DNA of 60,009 nucleotides, the filler included, from Dimargaris cristalligena (taxonomy: Eukaryota): assembly GCA_003614675.1 (NCBI GenBank). It is 3 parts of 3 records of this genome, joined end to end, with 100 filler letters (N's around TTAATTAATTAA, not from the genome) between each part and the next. Parts side by side here need not be neighbours in the genome. Positions count along the whole stretch, not along the records: positions 1 to 19,944 come from ML002713.1; positions 20,045 to 39,982 come from ML002714.1; 1 more part is not named here. One strand, 5' to 3'. The translations under genes were made by a program, and so were the position numbers. Positions 11,486 through 23,857 of this stretch are shown here, in pieces. The notes under the pieces are model-generated. The model worked only from the letters and a program-made list of their open reading frames with translations. It was not told the DNA's origin and searched no databases. Numbering within the stretch: position 1 is the first letter of the stretch; each line of letters starts with the position of its first letter.

Positions 11486-14400
11486 ATGCGTATCGAGGAA
11501 ATAACCGTCGACGGCTTCAAGTCCTATGCCTCGCGAACAACCATCGCCGGATGGGACCCGGAGTTCAATGCCATTACAGGTCTTAATGGGTCCGGCAAAT
11601 CAAATGTCCTGGATTCCATTTGTTTTGTTCTTGGCATCAAGAACCTTTCGCAAGTACGTGCCGGGAACCTCCAGGACCTGATCTACAAGCGTGGCCAAGC
11701 GGGTGTCACCAAGGCGTCTGTCACCATCGTATTCAACAATGAGGACCGGAGCAAAAGTCCCCTGGGTTACGAGGGGTGCCCACGTATTTCTGTCACGCGT
11801 CAGGTAGGTTAATTAGTTGCGCTTCGGCAAGTTAGGACTAACACCCGTTGCACCCAACTGGGCTCTGTCGACTTTATTTAACCTTGGCCTATTCCCTGCC
11901 AACTAATTTATGCTCCCATTTCCTCCAATTACCATTCGGCCTTGAATTCCCACTTTAGATTAGTGTAGGCGGGAAAAGCAAATACCTCATCAATTCGCAA
12001 AACCAGCAGGAGCAGACCGTTGCCAACCTATTTCAGTCGGTTCAGCTCAATGTAAATAACCCCCATTTTCTGATCATGCAGGGTAAAATCACCCAAGTGC
12101 TCAACATGAAAGCTCCGGAAATTCTGTCCATGATCGAAGAGGCGGCCGGAACCCGCATGTTCGAGGATCGCAAAGAAAAGGCCTATCGAACCATGGCCAA
12201 GAAGGAAAAGAAAGTCGAGGAAATCACCGCCAATCTGAACGAAGACATTACGCCAAAGCTAGACCGGCTACGGGGTGAAAAGCGGGCCTTTTTGGAATAC
12301 CAGAAGCTCGAGATTGAGGTCGATCGGTTGACTCGCTTAGTGGTGGCTTACGAGTACTGCCAACACCAGGAACACCTTAATCAAACCGGACAGGACCACG
12401 AAGCCCAGGTCGAGCGCCGCCGGTTGCTCAACGAGCGTCTAGACACCCTCAAGAGCGAGATTACTAACCTTCAAGAAGACATTTCCCGCATCCAGGCGAA
12501 CAAGCGTACCAAGATGTCCGGCGGTGGCCGGTTCGCCACTCTGCAAGCCAGTGTCGACCACCTGTCCACCGAATTGGCGCGGGTTCAGACTCAGTGTGAT
12601 CTCAAGGCAGTCACCCGGGCCGAAGAAGGTGCCCAGTTGCAATCGCTGGCCGCGAATCTTTCCGAGACCGAAGCTTCTCTAATCGACAAGCGCCAGCAGA
12701 TTTGCAAAGTAACTGAGCGGTTTGAGGCTGTCAAGTCCGAAAACGACGAGCGGGCCCGCGTGGTTCGACAGACCGAAGAACTGATTCAAACGCTTACTAC
12801 GGGCGTGTCCGCGGAGGAGGGCCACGAAAGCGGCTACATGGAGCAACTCCAAGTCGCCAAACAGAAGGTAGCCCAGGCCGGTACAGCGGAGGAGCAGGCC
12901 AAGCGTAAGCTGACCCATACCCAAAAGCAAATCAAGGAAGTCGAGCCCAAATGTCGGAAGGCCGAAGCTGCAAACCGCTCCCTGATGGCTAACCTTGAAA
13001 GTGAGCGCTCTGCCTTGGCCGCCACCCGCCAGCAACTGGAACAGCTGGCATGGGATCCCCAAGTGGAAACGACCCTACGCCAACGGCAGGCCGAGGAGCA
13101 GCACACCTTGACCGACCTTCGCGAGCAGCACGACCGCGCGTCATCCCAAATGGCGGGACTGAACTTTCAATATGCTAACCCCACCCCTAACTTCGACCGG
13201 TCTCAGGTCAAAGGACTGGTGGCCAATCTGGTCACTTTGGAGCAGGCCAACTACGATAAATCGACTGCGCTGGAAATCTGTGCCGGAGGGCGACTGTATA
13301 ACGTCGTGGTCAGTAGCGAAGTGGTTGGTACTCAGCTCCTGCAGAGGGGTCAATTGCGTCGACGAGTGACCATCATTCCGCTCAACAAGATCCAGGCCTT
13401 CCGGGCTTCGGCCAAGGTAAGTTGGCTAGTCCGAAATCCTCATTTAACCCATTACCGGTCTTGTTCATATTTCTTTTAGAAACACAATGGGTCACTTGGA
13501 TAAAGCATCGTCACAGGCGCCAACGGGATACTAGTTGCCGCTGATAGTATTTCGTATAGTATCTCTAACCTATAATTTTTTATTTATACCTCTCGTACCT
13601 ACTATTGGGATTTCTGTTGTATGGACCATCCCGTGGTTGACTAATCCAGGCCATTGCCACTGCCAAGGAGCTTGCTCCGGACTGTGTCAACCTCGCCCTC
13701 GAAATCGTGGGCTACGACGAAGATGTGGCCCCCGCCATGCAGTACGTATTCGGTAGTACTTTGGTGTGTCGCGATGCTGCCACCGCCGAAAAGGTTACGT
13801 TCCACAAGGACGTCCGCCTGAAGTCGGTGACCCTAGATGGGGATGTATACGACCCCGCTGGTACTCTACAGGGTGGATCCAAACCTAACTCCTCGGGTCT
13901 ACTCATTAAATTACAGACACTCCATGACCTCAAACGACAAATCAAAGCCCACGAAACCACGCTAGCGGATATTAATCGCCAACTTCAGGAAGCTCAATCC
14001 ACCATTCGGCAGTACAAGGAATTCACCACGAAGGCGGATCTCAAGGCACACGAAGTAAACCTTCTCGAAGAGAGTATCGCCAAGACAACCCATGCGCAGG
14101 TAAGATTCGTTGGCTTTTTATTTTATTTTGGCCACGTCTCACCTTAACTCGTCCACGGGGCTGACCGCCTACCACTAATTCTAATACGCGCGTCATTGAT
14201 GATAACTCGTCGATAACATCGTCGAATCCCAGTTCAATAGCGTAACCACGTTAAATGCTGCCATGTTAACTAATCTATCTATCATAATGGTCGACGTGTG
14301 CCCTTGTTTTATCGCTATACCCAGCTCCTCCAACAACTACAATCCCTGCGTCAAGAACTGGAGGACTTGCAGACTACCATCGTGACCTCACAGAATGATA

Positions 14401-16657
14401 GGGGCGATGCCCAGCAGCAATGTCAGTATATTGAAAAAGAGATGAAAGAGTTTAAGCAAGATAAAACTTCGAAGCTCAAGGAAATGAAGGTAAGCCACCC
14501 TCTCCAGTTATGTTGCTCGGCCGTCTAGTCCTCAAATCTCTGGGTGTATGCAGGTTAGCCCCATCGCCCATTTTGTCTCTATGCTTAGACTACTCGTAGT
14601 ATTAACGTAATCTGTTTATTTCCCTTATTATATACCCACCTCCACAGGCTAAACTAGTCAGCGATAAAGCCGAGCTCAACAAAAACACCCAGGGCGTGAA
14701 GAGTATGCAGCGCGATGTGCAAACGCTAACCCTCGAAATTGGTATGTACAATGCCCCGCATATTCAATTGGTTACATATCAAGTCCAGAGTATTTCTACT
14801 GCTTAGTAGGGAAGGAGCATTCCCATACTGATGTATCATAGCATCGGAAGCGATATCTATAATATGCGGTACTAATATTTGCCAATATTTATTGGGCTTA
14901 TTACAATAATTATGTAGAACAACTCGAAACTGAACGAGACCAGCTCACAGTCCAAATTGAAGTTGCCACTGTATCAAACAATCAAGTAACCACCGACGAA
15001 AAGGCGCTGAAAGAGACTATGGCACAGCTAAAGGTATGTCGGCATTTACTTTGCACCCCAATAGGACTTACAAGGCATCAAAGCCTACAGCCCGGTCGCT
15101 CTTGGTCGTCTCGATAACATTGATAGGGGTTCTTATGGTTTTCTCTGTGTTGCCCACTATGGGAATTTGATCGACCCATTTTTGTATTTTTAGACTTCAT
15201 TAGAGACCGCCCAGGAGGAATTCGACCAAGAAAACGAGGCGCTTCGCTCATTTGACGAGGAAACCCGTGAGCTCAACCAGCTGGTAAAGACCAAGACCAG
15301 TCAACAGACAGAGATTCGGCTCGAAGTTCAGAATCTTACTCACGATTTGGAGCGTTTCGATCGGGACCGTGCCCAGGCCGCCAAGCTCATCCACCGACTA
15401 GAGGAGGAACATGACTGGATTGTGGATTCCCGAACCCAATTCGGCCAAGCTGGCACACCCTTTGATTTCCTGAATCAAGACCCCCGGGAAGCCAAGAAAC
15501 AGCTGGGGCGCTTAAACGAGCAATACAACAAATTGCGCCGGACAACCAATACATCGGTGATGGCGAGTATTGAAAATGTGGAAAAACGCGAGGCTGGTCT
15601 AAAGCAGATGCTCGCCACCGTTTTGAAGGATAAACGCAAGATCGAGGAGACTATCGAGTCGCTGGTAGACTATAAGCGCGAGCATCTGGAGCGTACCTGG
15701 CAAGCGGTCAATAAGTAAGTTACACTCGATGGAGTATCGTTAGCACCACCCCCTTCCCTTACATTGCCGACCCGGCCCAATTGGGTTTGGCGGATTTGAA
15801 AATACTCTACGACCCTTTATCTCTGGTCCTATGATGGCCGTATCAAGGACCTCGCCCGCCATCAGTTCGTCGGACTGAACGCAGCCATATTTGCGCATGC
15901 AACTGACTGTATCCTACCATCACTACATCTTTACCTTGCAAAATCCATAGAGACTTCGGTGCCATTTTCGGTGAACTGCTAGCCGGGTGTTCAGCTCGTC
16001 TTGAACCGCCGGAGGGCAAGACTCTTATTGATGGTCTTGAAATCAAGGTGTGCCTTGGAGGCGTATGGAAGCAAAGTTTAACTGAACTCAGTGGCGGCCA
16101 AAGGTAAGTATGCCAGTTGTTACTATATTCTATACTTTACGACCTATCTATTATTGACCCCGTATTCTCTGGCACAACCTAAAGGCCGTTTGTTTATATC
16201 CCCATTTTCCATGAATTGGCCAGCGCTAACCCCTTCCTTTTAAACTTAATATCCCGCCTTTGCCCAACCCCAATATGTTCCTCGGTTAACCAGGTCTCTG
16301 GTTGCCTTATCGCTGATTTTGTCCCTGCTTCAGTTCAAGCCCGCCCCCATGTACATTTTGGACGAAATTGACTCGGCCCTGGATCTAAGTCATACCCAAA
16401 ACATTGGTCAACTTTTCCGTACTCGCTTCAAGGGTGCCCAGTTTATCGTGGTTTCGCTGAAGGAAGGGATGTTTAACAATGCCAATGTCTTGTTCCGGGC
16501 TAAATTCCGGGACGGTATTTCGACTGTTGAACGCATCGCCCAACGGGCCCGCAAAACCGCTCCTCCTAGCACGGCACGAAGCCGGGCCTCTTCGACCGCC
16601 ATGGGTGCTCAAACGAATGACGAAACACCCACCCAGCGTATCCGAAGAGTTCGGTAG
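11486..16657 (+). CDS. SMC2: Condensin SMC subunit Smc2/Cut14; exons 11486-11803, 11959-13416, 13650-14099, 14325-14489, 14648-14741, 14918-15033, 15194-15714, 15951-16103, 16294-16657
   Basis: Walker [23 protein letters not shown], hinge ([29 protein letters not shown]), signature LSGGQRSL, Walker [12 protein letters not shown]; all introns GT-AG and phase-consistent. Confidence 0.97.
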
Positions 16658-19355
16658 ACATTCAATCTTATCTTTCTTTCGCGGTTATCTATATTGCTAG
16701 ATCCATGGGTAGTGGCTGTGACCACCCATTTGGCGTACTGATAATAACTATATCTATTTATAACTCCATACCCAATATTACTTTGCACCTGGGTATATAT
16801 AGATAAGGACAGGTGTATTTACCCTGGGGGATGGTAACTATTTAGCCGCTTGAAATAACACACTTAGCAGTTTCCGATCAGTATAGTATTGTTCTACATA
16901 ACTCATTATCATATCAATATATAAACGTATAATATACCATGTTTATTAGTACACCTGTCTACGGGCGTGGGTCGCGCCTGGCAACAGTACTTGTGGTGTT
17001 GATAACCTGATCCCATTATACTGTTCTCTCTAGACTCTATTGTGCGAAGGTTGAATTGGGCTATTTTTAAGTTATCGGGTATGTTGCTACTCATGGTTAA
17101 CACGGTGCCACTCTAGCCATTCCTGAACATCTTCACCAGTCAGTTGCATCCGAAATGAAGGGTAAAATGGTGTATTGTGTTGATGGCACAGGGTACTGGT
17201 GGGCCAGCGGAAAGCTCAATTATTAAGTTTCTCCGCCTTAAACCCCAGCAATTTTTTTAACAGCAGTGTGGACAAAAAGGTTCGCACAGGCGCGCCTGTT
17301 ATCTTTTTGTGAACTGACCCCTTATATAATTATGTGTGAATAAACTGTAATATTCCAAAATTTGAATCCCAAGTTCACAACGAGGCTATATTGGGTACTT
17401 AGTACCTCAGTTCTCCAAATTGGGAGACCTTTTCTCCTGTAACCCCATCCCAATACAAAATTCTAAAAAGGAGCAATGGTCCGCTAATCCATCTTCATGC
17501 ATTGTTGAGCTCAAGTAGACATTGGCCAAATAAGACTGGAATAGAAGCCTGATTCCAATCGTAACTGAAATACACGGGTAGCCTTATATCAATCGACCTT
17601 TTCCGGGTGTTTTGAGGGACAGGCGAGGTTTTGCCCTAAGTTTAAGATTGGTCCAAGATGGCGATTATTCTGCCTGTTTAGCGCTGTGGCATTTTTGTCG
17701 CAGTGAGCAAAGGGAGATGCCAGTAATGTACATCAGCCGACCTGTTATTGTTTTTATTGATTCTGTCATTAAATAGGAAATATCCCGATAATATCTGGTT
17801 CTCCAGGAGTTTAGCTGCCACTTGCAATGGTAGGAAAGGTCGATGTAGTGGTTAAGACTACCATTATACAGTGGTCTGGTCCAAATGATATAAGTGTCTG
17901 TGAATCTGCGATACTGGTAATCCGTGTTATTCAAGTCGCTGGGCGAGATTGGCTATGCAGAAACTGGGTAGATTTACCCAACTCTACCCAGCATGCGCGC
18001 AACATTGAGTCTCCGCGAGACCACATTCCTCCTACCAAATAGGCCGCAAGCAGTTATTAACCTCACCAGCCTACTGGTAAGCCCAGAGTAAAAATAAAAT
18101 TTAACACATGCCAGTCCGAAATACCTCTATTTAGAATCCACTTTCGGAGCCAAAGTCATCATGGCCCTACTTGGCCTTCAAATAACAAAACATACCTATT
18201 AAGACAGCTGCTGCGGTTTTATTAGTTAGTATGCCCACTGTACATGCTCTAGTACAGTATTGCACTAGCAGACTACCATGACAGATATAGCAGGGGATAG
18301 ACCAGCACTATCGACGGGCTCACTTCCTTTTTTGCACTTGGTAAATCTCTAGCCACTCGTTGGCTCGATAAAGTCCCACTTAGAAAATTGCCTCGGCATG
18401 CCTAGCCACCCATCCCTGCGATTTAGCCTACACTTCGAAACTCGCACACCTCCATAAGCTAAGCTGGGTTCCCTTTATCATTCAACAGGATGTTTATCAT
18501 CTATTGTATAAGTAAACTCTTGGCATATCATGCCAAAACCACATTATAATATTACAGTGTCAAGTAGCGTCCCAATGTGAAACGTGTATATTAGTCCTCT
18601 TCTGGTTTATATATCCATCGGTGTATTCACAAGCGGATTATATACTTCGGTTGAATGAACGGTACAATTGCCGCTTCTCTTTTTAAACTAATAGTGAGCA
18701 ATGCAGCGAACAACTCGGCACATTTTTTTGATCAGACCAACGGAAATATAGTAGAGGCTTTTGTGGCGCCCCAGCCGAGATTTTGTGCACCGAGTAGCCC
18801 CGACCATAGCAGCTGCACGGCACTTCCTCCTGTAGGTATAGATTAATGTTAAACAGAGGGTAGTGCAATATTAAACGCGAGGTGACACCAAAGGCCACCA
18901 GCCGGCGGCATTCATACAGTATCAAGCCACCCTGTGCTCGCCGGCTTCAAAGTTGAGCCAGCTCGACCCCCACCCTATTTCCTATATACCTTTTACTTTT
19001 CCGCCCAGCAGATTGGGTTTCGCCATTCTTTGTGCCACCCTATTTTCCTGCCGTACTCACCTATGCCAATTGGGACCCCCCTGTTCACTTTTAACGACCC
19101 GCGTCCGATCAAAATCAGAAAAGGGCCTCAGCTGCGATATTGCATTTATCATTCAAGTCCAAGCTCTCCCAGGTTTAAATACTGCCCCCCAGCCGTCCTT
19201 TTGATAATTACAATATCTACATTGCTCTCTCCCATTCGACTTCCCTTCACCCGAAGCTCGCTTTTCCCTTTTAATCCCGTAAGTTTTAGGTCACTGACTT
19301 TGTTCAGCAGACCTCGTATTCCTGATTATACCTACCCACCTATCCCTTAGTTACT

Positions 19356-19926
19356 ATGAGAGTGTCTGTTCTCTTTGGCCTATATCCTATGGCCCTATTG
19401 GGGCCAATACTTTCTGCCATGTCCATCAATCCGATGGATATGTTTTCCGCGGAGCTTCAACAACTCTTGGTCAGCCATGTAGCCTCACATGACAAGCTAA
19501 CCGCCACGAACGTGAACCAACAGTGGCGGGGTATTTTTTTGCAAGAAACAAACGCCCGCAATGCCAAGGTAAATATACATTTTACGGCTGATACATATTA
19601 GCCTTCAGTCTAGCCTTCCATGTCACTAGTTCTTTTAATATTCGTCCAGCTATAGAACTATATACTTGAACTTGCGACGATGCTTGATCTGCCACCGTGC
19701 TCATATAACCGACAAATGGGTTTGGCCATCTCTAACTATATATTGTTTTATTGCCCCGACTTGATATTAATACTATGAAATATGCTCTGATACCTAGGCC
19801 ATGGATAAGTTTATGCTCAATCCCGCCAGCTACCTGCCCGAGGGATCCAGCCCCGCGGTCCTGGATAGCAAACTACAGGACTTCTCCCCTCTTAAGAACA
19901 AGATAAACTGGTATTGCACTCAATAG
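19356..19926 (+). CDS. Small putative secreted protein with an F-box-like motif; exons 19356-19568 and 19798-19926 (113 aa; 3' end uncertain at the contig edge)
   Basis: Hydrophobic N-terminus MRVSVLFGLYPMALLGPILSA, then PMDMFSAELQQLLVSHVASHDKLTATNVNQQWRGIF; AAG|gtaaat...cctag|GCC phase-0 intron. Confidence 0.55.
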
Positions 19927-19944
19927 GGGAGGTCCCGCAATTGG

Positions 19945-20044
19945 NNNNNNNNNNNNNNNNNNNNNNNNNNNNNNNNNNNNNNNNNNNNTTAATTAATTAA
20001 NNNNNNNNNNNNNNNNNNNNNNNNNNNNNNNNNNNNNNNNNNNN
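19945..20044. other. Artificial contig linker (N44-TTAATTAATTAA-N44)
   Basis: N runs flanking a six-frame stop spacer; identical to the linker at 39983-40082. Confidence 0.99.
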
Positions 20045-20099
20045 CTAGCGCGTCTGACTGTTAATCAGGAGGTTGGTGGTTCAAGCCCACCCAGGAGCG
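20045..20099 (+). tRNA. tRNA-Asn(GTT), 5'-truncated by the contig start
   Basis: Anticodon arm TCTGA-CT GTT AA-TCAGG, T-arm GGTGG-TTCAAGC-CCACC, 3' acceptor strand CAGGAGC-G, T-rich terminator downstream. Confidence 0.9.
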
Positions 20100-21053
20100 T
20101 TTCTTTTGGCTGGAATCCAATAATTATTTTATTGAAATGATTAGTGATATATTTATGCCTTCACAAATATAGGGGATATTGGCCTGATTTAAACTGAAAT
20201 TCCCCTCAGTGTTGTATGATTAATGGTCTTTCGAAAGCAGGCAAGTCATCTGTTCAATTATTCCATTATTGAAACAATGCGATGGCATAGTATGTCTACG
20301 CATCTAATTTGGGGTTGGGGTAAAGTAAAAGCATAGGGATGCAACAGGCCATGGATGCAATAGGTAGAGAAAGGGACTCGTTGAATAGATGTGACCGTAT
20401 TAAAAAAAGTGGCGTAGCTATAGAGAAGATTAGATAAAAGTGCTTCTAATCAACCAGCCACATTAACGGTTAAGGTAACGTAGAGTAAACCATTAGCGTA
20501 AAGCTTGATGTAATTGGATAGACAGTGTTTCTCGATTGCGCTTGATGCCCCAAACGGCTCTTTAGATCCCCCATCTTGTGGTTCGATCTTTTGTTAGTAA
20601 TTGACATGTTGGTGAGTATAGTTGGCATTTGTATTATGTGCACCCAAGTTCCATGAAAGAGTAAGGGGTCAATTCATCCCGGTAATTGTACATGTGCTGT
20701 ATCCTTCTTAGCCAGCCGCATCCCGCGGTCTAGAACTTTACCTTCAGCTACATTAATCAATAAGGTAATGAATGGCATCGCATTACCTCTCACACACAAT
20801 ACTGGTTAGAGATACTACTGGCCCTTGTCCATTTAAACTAATTTATTAAAGTGAATATTCCCGTTACCATTGGCTAGAGCTTGTGTTATTTCTTTTCACG
20901 CCCCAACAACCAGAAGTTTGGGAATAATTATCCAACGAAACGAGTGGGCAGACGGGACCACAGGCAAGGGTGTGGAAGTGGAAGAGGAGGGTAGAGTAGG
21001 GTAGATAGGTAGGGTGGGTGTGGTAGTAAACAGGAATTGGCTGAACACTCCAT

Positions 21054-22081
21054 TTACATGTCGTCCAGAGCCTTGATGGTGGCTTCGAATTCGGCCTTGG
21101 TGGCCAAGTATTTCTGGTTGAGTTCTTCATATCGGGCATCACTTTCATCGCGCTCGGATTCCATCTTCTGAACGGTACGCTCGAGGTGCTCGGCCTTGAC
21201 ATCCACGGTACGGAGCTGTTCGCGGGTTTCTTTGAGTTCCAATTCACGGGTTTCAAGGGTCTCTTCCAGAACCTGGACCTTGCGCACCAGTTCATCGTGG
21301 GCCGAGCGGGTCAGCTCGTCCTCGTCGGCAGCTACCTTGGCCTCCCGGAGCTTAAGTTCGGCGGTGTCGAGCTGTTCCTCGAGCAGGGCGACCTTGTTCT
21401 GGAAGGACACGATTTCCTGGTCCCGGTCCATTTGGGATTCGGTCAACACCTTGACGCTGGCCTCGGCAGTGTCGGCGCGGAGGGTGGCGGCCTCGCACTC
21501 TTCACGGAGGGATTGGATTTTCTAGATGGAGTATAGAGCGCAGAGGAGAGAAAATTAAGCAATTAATTAAACGATCGGGTGGGGTGACCCGTGTCAATAC
21601 CCAAACGATGGCATTAGAGGGCTAGAGGATGCTGTGACCCATATGCCAAGGCCGGCTATTTAGGCTGTGTAGAATGGGTGGGGAGTGCACACGATGGGTA
21701 AGATGTTCAATAACTCCAATGAAGGGCATGCCAAGTCTGCTTGGCCGCTGGTGAGGCATAACAGCGGCCAGATGGCCAACGGGATAGGGAGAGCTAGGCG
21801 GACAAGGGAGAGGTTCAGACCAACGAGTACGCAGTGGCTGCATTAGGCCAAAGCCAATGGTCCTCCGCAGACTCATGGACCACTTGACTCTGCTCCATTG
21901 TGGACCGATACGGCGCAGTAACCACGCTAGACTGGATGATGGAGTGCGTGGCTAGAAGCCCAGGAAATATACCCTTTCCCCCGCCGTTCCTTCCAGCTTT
22001 CGCTGATAAGGAAAAGGGCCGGCCTAAGTAACAAGCTTAACTAGACTAGGGGGTTGCGCTTACCTTGCTGAGCTTTTCCAT
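21054..22081 (-). CDS. TPM1: Tropomyosin (Cdc8/Tpm type, 161 aa); exons 22081-22064 and 21521-21054
   Basis: MEKLSK|KIQSLREECEAATLRADTAEASVK...EIVSFQNKVALLEEQLD...DVKAEHLERTVQKMESE...ALDDM; continuous heptads; 161 aa is the short fungal tropomyosin length. Confidence 0.93.
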
Positions 22082-23857
22082 AGTGAATAAGGGGAAAGGG
22101 ATGGAGAGGTGGTTCGAGGAAACGGGGTTTGAAACGGACCAAGAGTTGGCGAGGTAGTTGGAAGGAAAGTCTATAGAAGAGTCAAATGAAGCAGGAAATA
22201 AAGGAATGGGGGGATAAGGAGCCAAAGAACGACGGATCCTTTGCAAGGAGCGGACAGCTTGGGCCTTAAGTGCTTCGGGACTCGGGGTTGTGCCGTTGGT
22301 AGAAGAAGCACAGCCACTCTCGCCGACCTACCTTGGTCAGATGAGGCGAGGGAAGAAGGAACTTGCCACCATTCATTCAGCCAAATGGGACACAAATACC
22401 CCGCTTTAAAATTTATTACCTCCCACGCCGTACCTATTAGTGGTGTGGGAGTAGTGCGTTGGGCATAGAAAAATATACAATGAATGAGTTGGCTAGCCAC
22501 CATTGTTGTTTTACTAAGGGGGAATGCACTGGCCACTGGCGTGACCTCCTAATGTGGGGAGGGGACCTTGGCTGAGTCATACGACCGCTCACTCGGTCCG
22601 AAATACGCACCAACTAAGCGGATGCTGCGTGGAGGGAGGGGGGCCGAGAAAATCGGATGTAGCCTCAGACACCCCCCCCCACCGGCTCGCCACTCTACCA
22701 GTACCCATTGGCCACCCATTTTCACCAAGTCTTGAATAAACTCCGTCCTGGTTTAAGGGTAGAGGCCAGTTAGCTGAGCAGTCCCTCTAAAATATTAAGC
22801 CATCTCAGCGGTGCCCTCCACGACCTTGGCTACTGTCCCTCCATGCTTTTAACAGGGAGCACCAGTACAATTCGTGGTACCATGTTTGTCCTAGCACGAC
22901 ACCAAATCTGGCGCCATAAATATTTATCGGGAGGGACACTGTGCCCCCCTCCCACTCGTACCTCCCCCTAATAAACACACTACCCTTATAGAGAGGAAAG
23001 CCCTGCTTTGATTAATTTGGCCAGGTATCTTGCCCATTGTCCCGGTTCCATCGCGGATTTCATTAAATCATTCGCTAGAGCTCCCTAGGATGTTGGCCAA
23101 TTCGCCCTGTGTAGGTGGCATAGTATGATGGCTGATGGGTGGGTTTGTACTCGACCGGCCGCGCTACCAATGGTATGTTATTCCAGTGCTTTTGGTTCCC
23201 AGCCCTACTGAGGACGGTCGTAGTCTTCCTTAAAGGTGAGGTATACAAATCAGACATTCCACCTTTTCCAATCATTAATCACCCTCACCTCTTCACCTTA
23301 TCCGATATTCGCGATCCTCACCACTCGCTTACTCAGACAAATTAATCACATAAATAGCTGTATGCAAATGCCTTGCTACAGAGGGCTGTTATTGTCCAGG
23401 TGTAGTGGCACCATGGCCTCTCTCAGCAGCCTGTTACCTGCTCTTTAGTCTAAACCCCAAGGACATGCACATTTGTTTCACGTCACCGGATGGGATTAAA
23501 TAGGGCCAACGGGCGCTTTGGAGGTACTTTCAAAAGACCGCTACGGACAATGCCATTGAATTATATAGGGCATCCCAGCCCCATGGCTGGCTTACCACAA
23601 GCGTATTCTAGCCCACACCTACCAGAACATGCAGTGTATCCATTTAATTATGGTCACAGCATCAATATGCAGAAAGCCTGTCCCTTTATGCAAGCAAAAA
23701 AAAAGGTCTGAAAGACGGGGTCGCTTTACTATATGATTCCGTAGGTAGGGGGACTACGCCCAGGCTCCAACCGATAAATCGATATGACTAATTAGACAAT
23801 TGGGTACTGTGTCAAAAAGTTTGAAACCACCCCCCAAAACGGAATCACGTGTGTTCA

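Noticed and set aside
17700..18460. Possible pseudogene or stop-codon reassignment (a + frame with mostly TAA/TAG stops)
   Set aside because: Stop density is near random and no domain is recognisable; conserved genes in the window terminate normally at TAA, TAG and TGA.
19989..20000. TTAATTAATTAA as a biological repeat or site
   Set aside because: It is a synthetic spacer embedded in N runs.
20421..20433. AGAGAAGATTAG resembling U6 snRNA
   Set aside because: The ACAGAGA box is incomplete, and the following CATGGCCCCTG and other U6 elements are absent.
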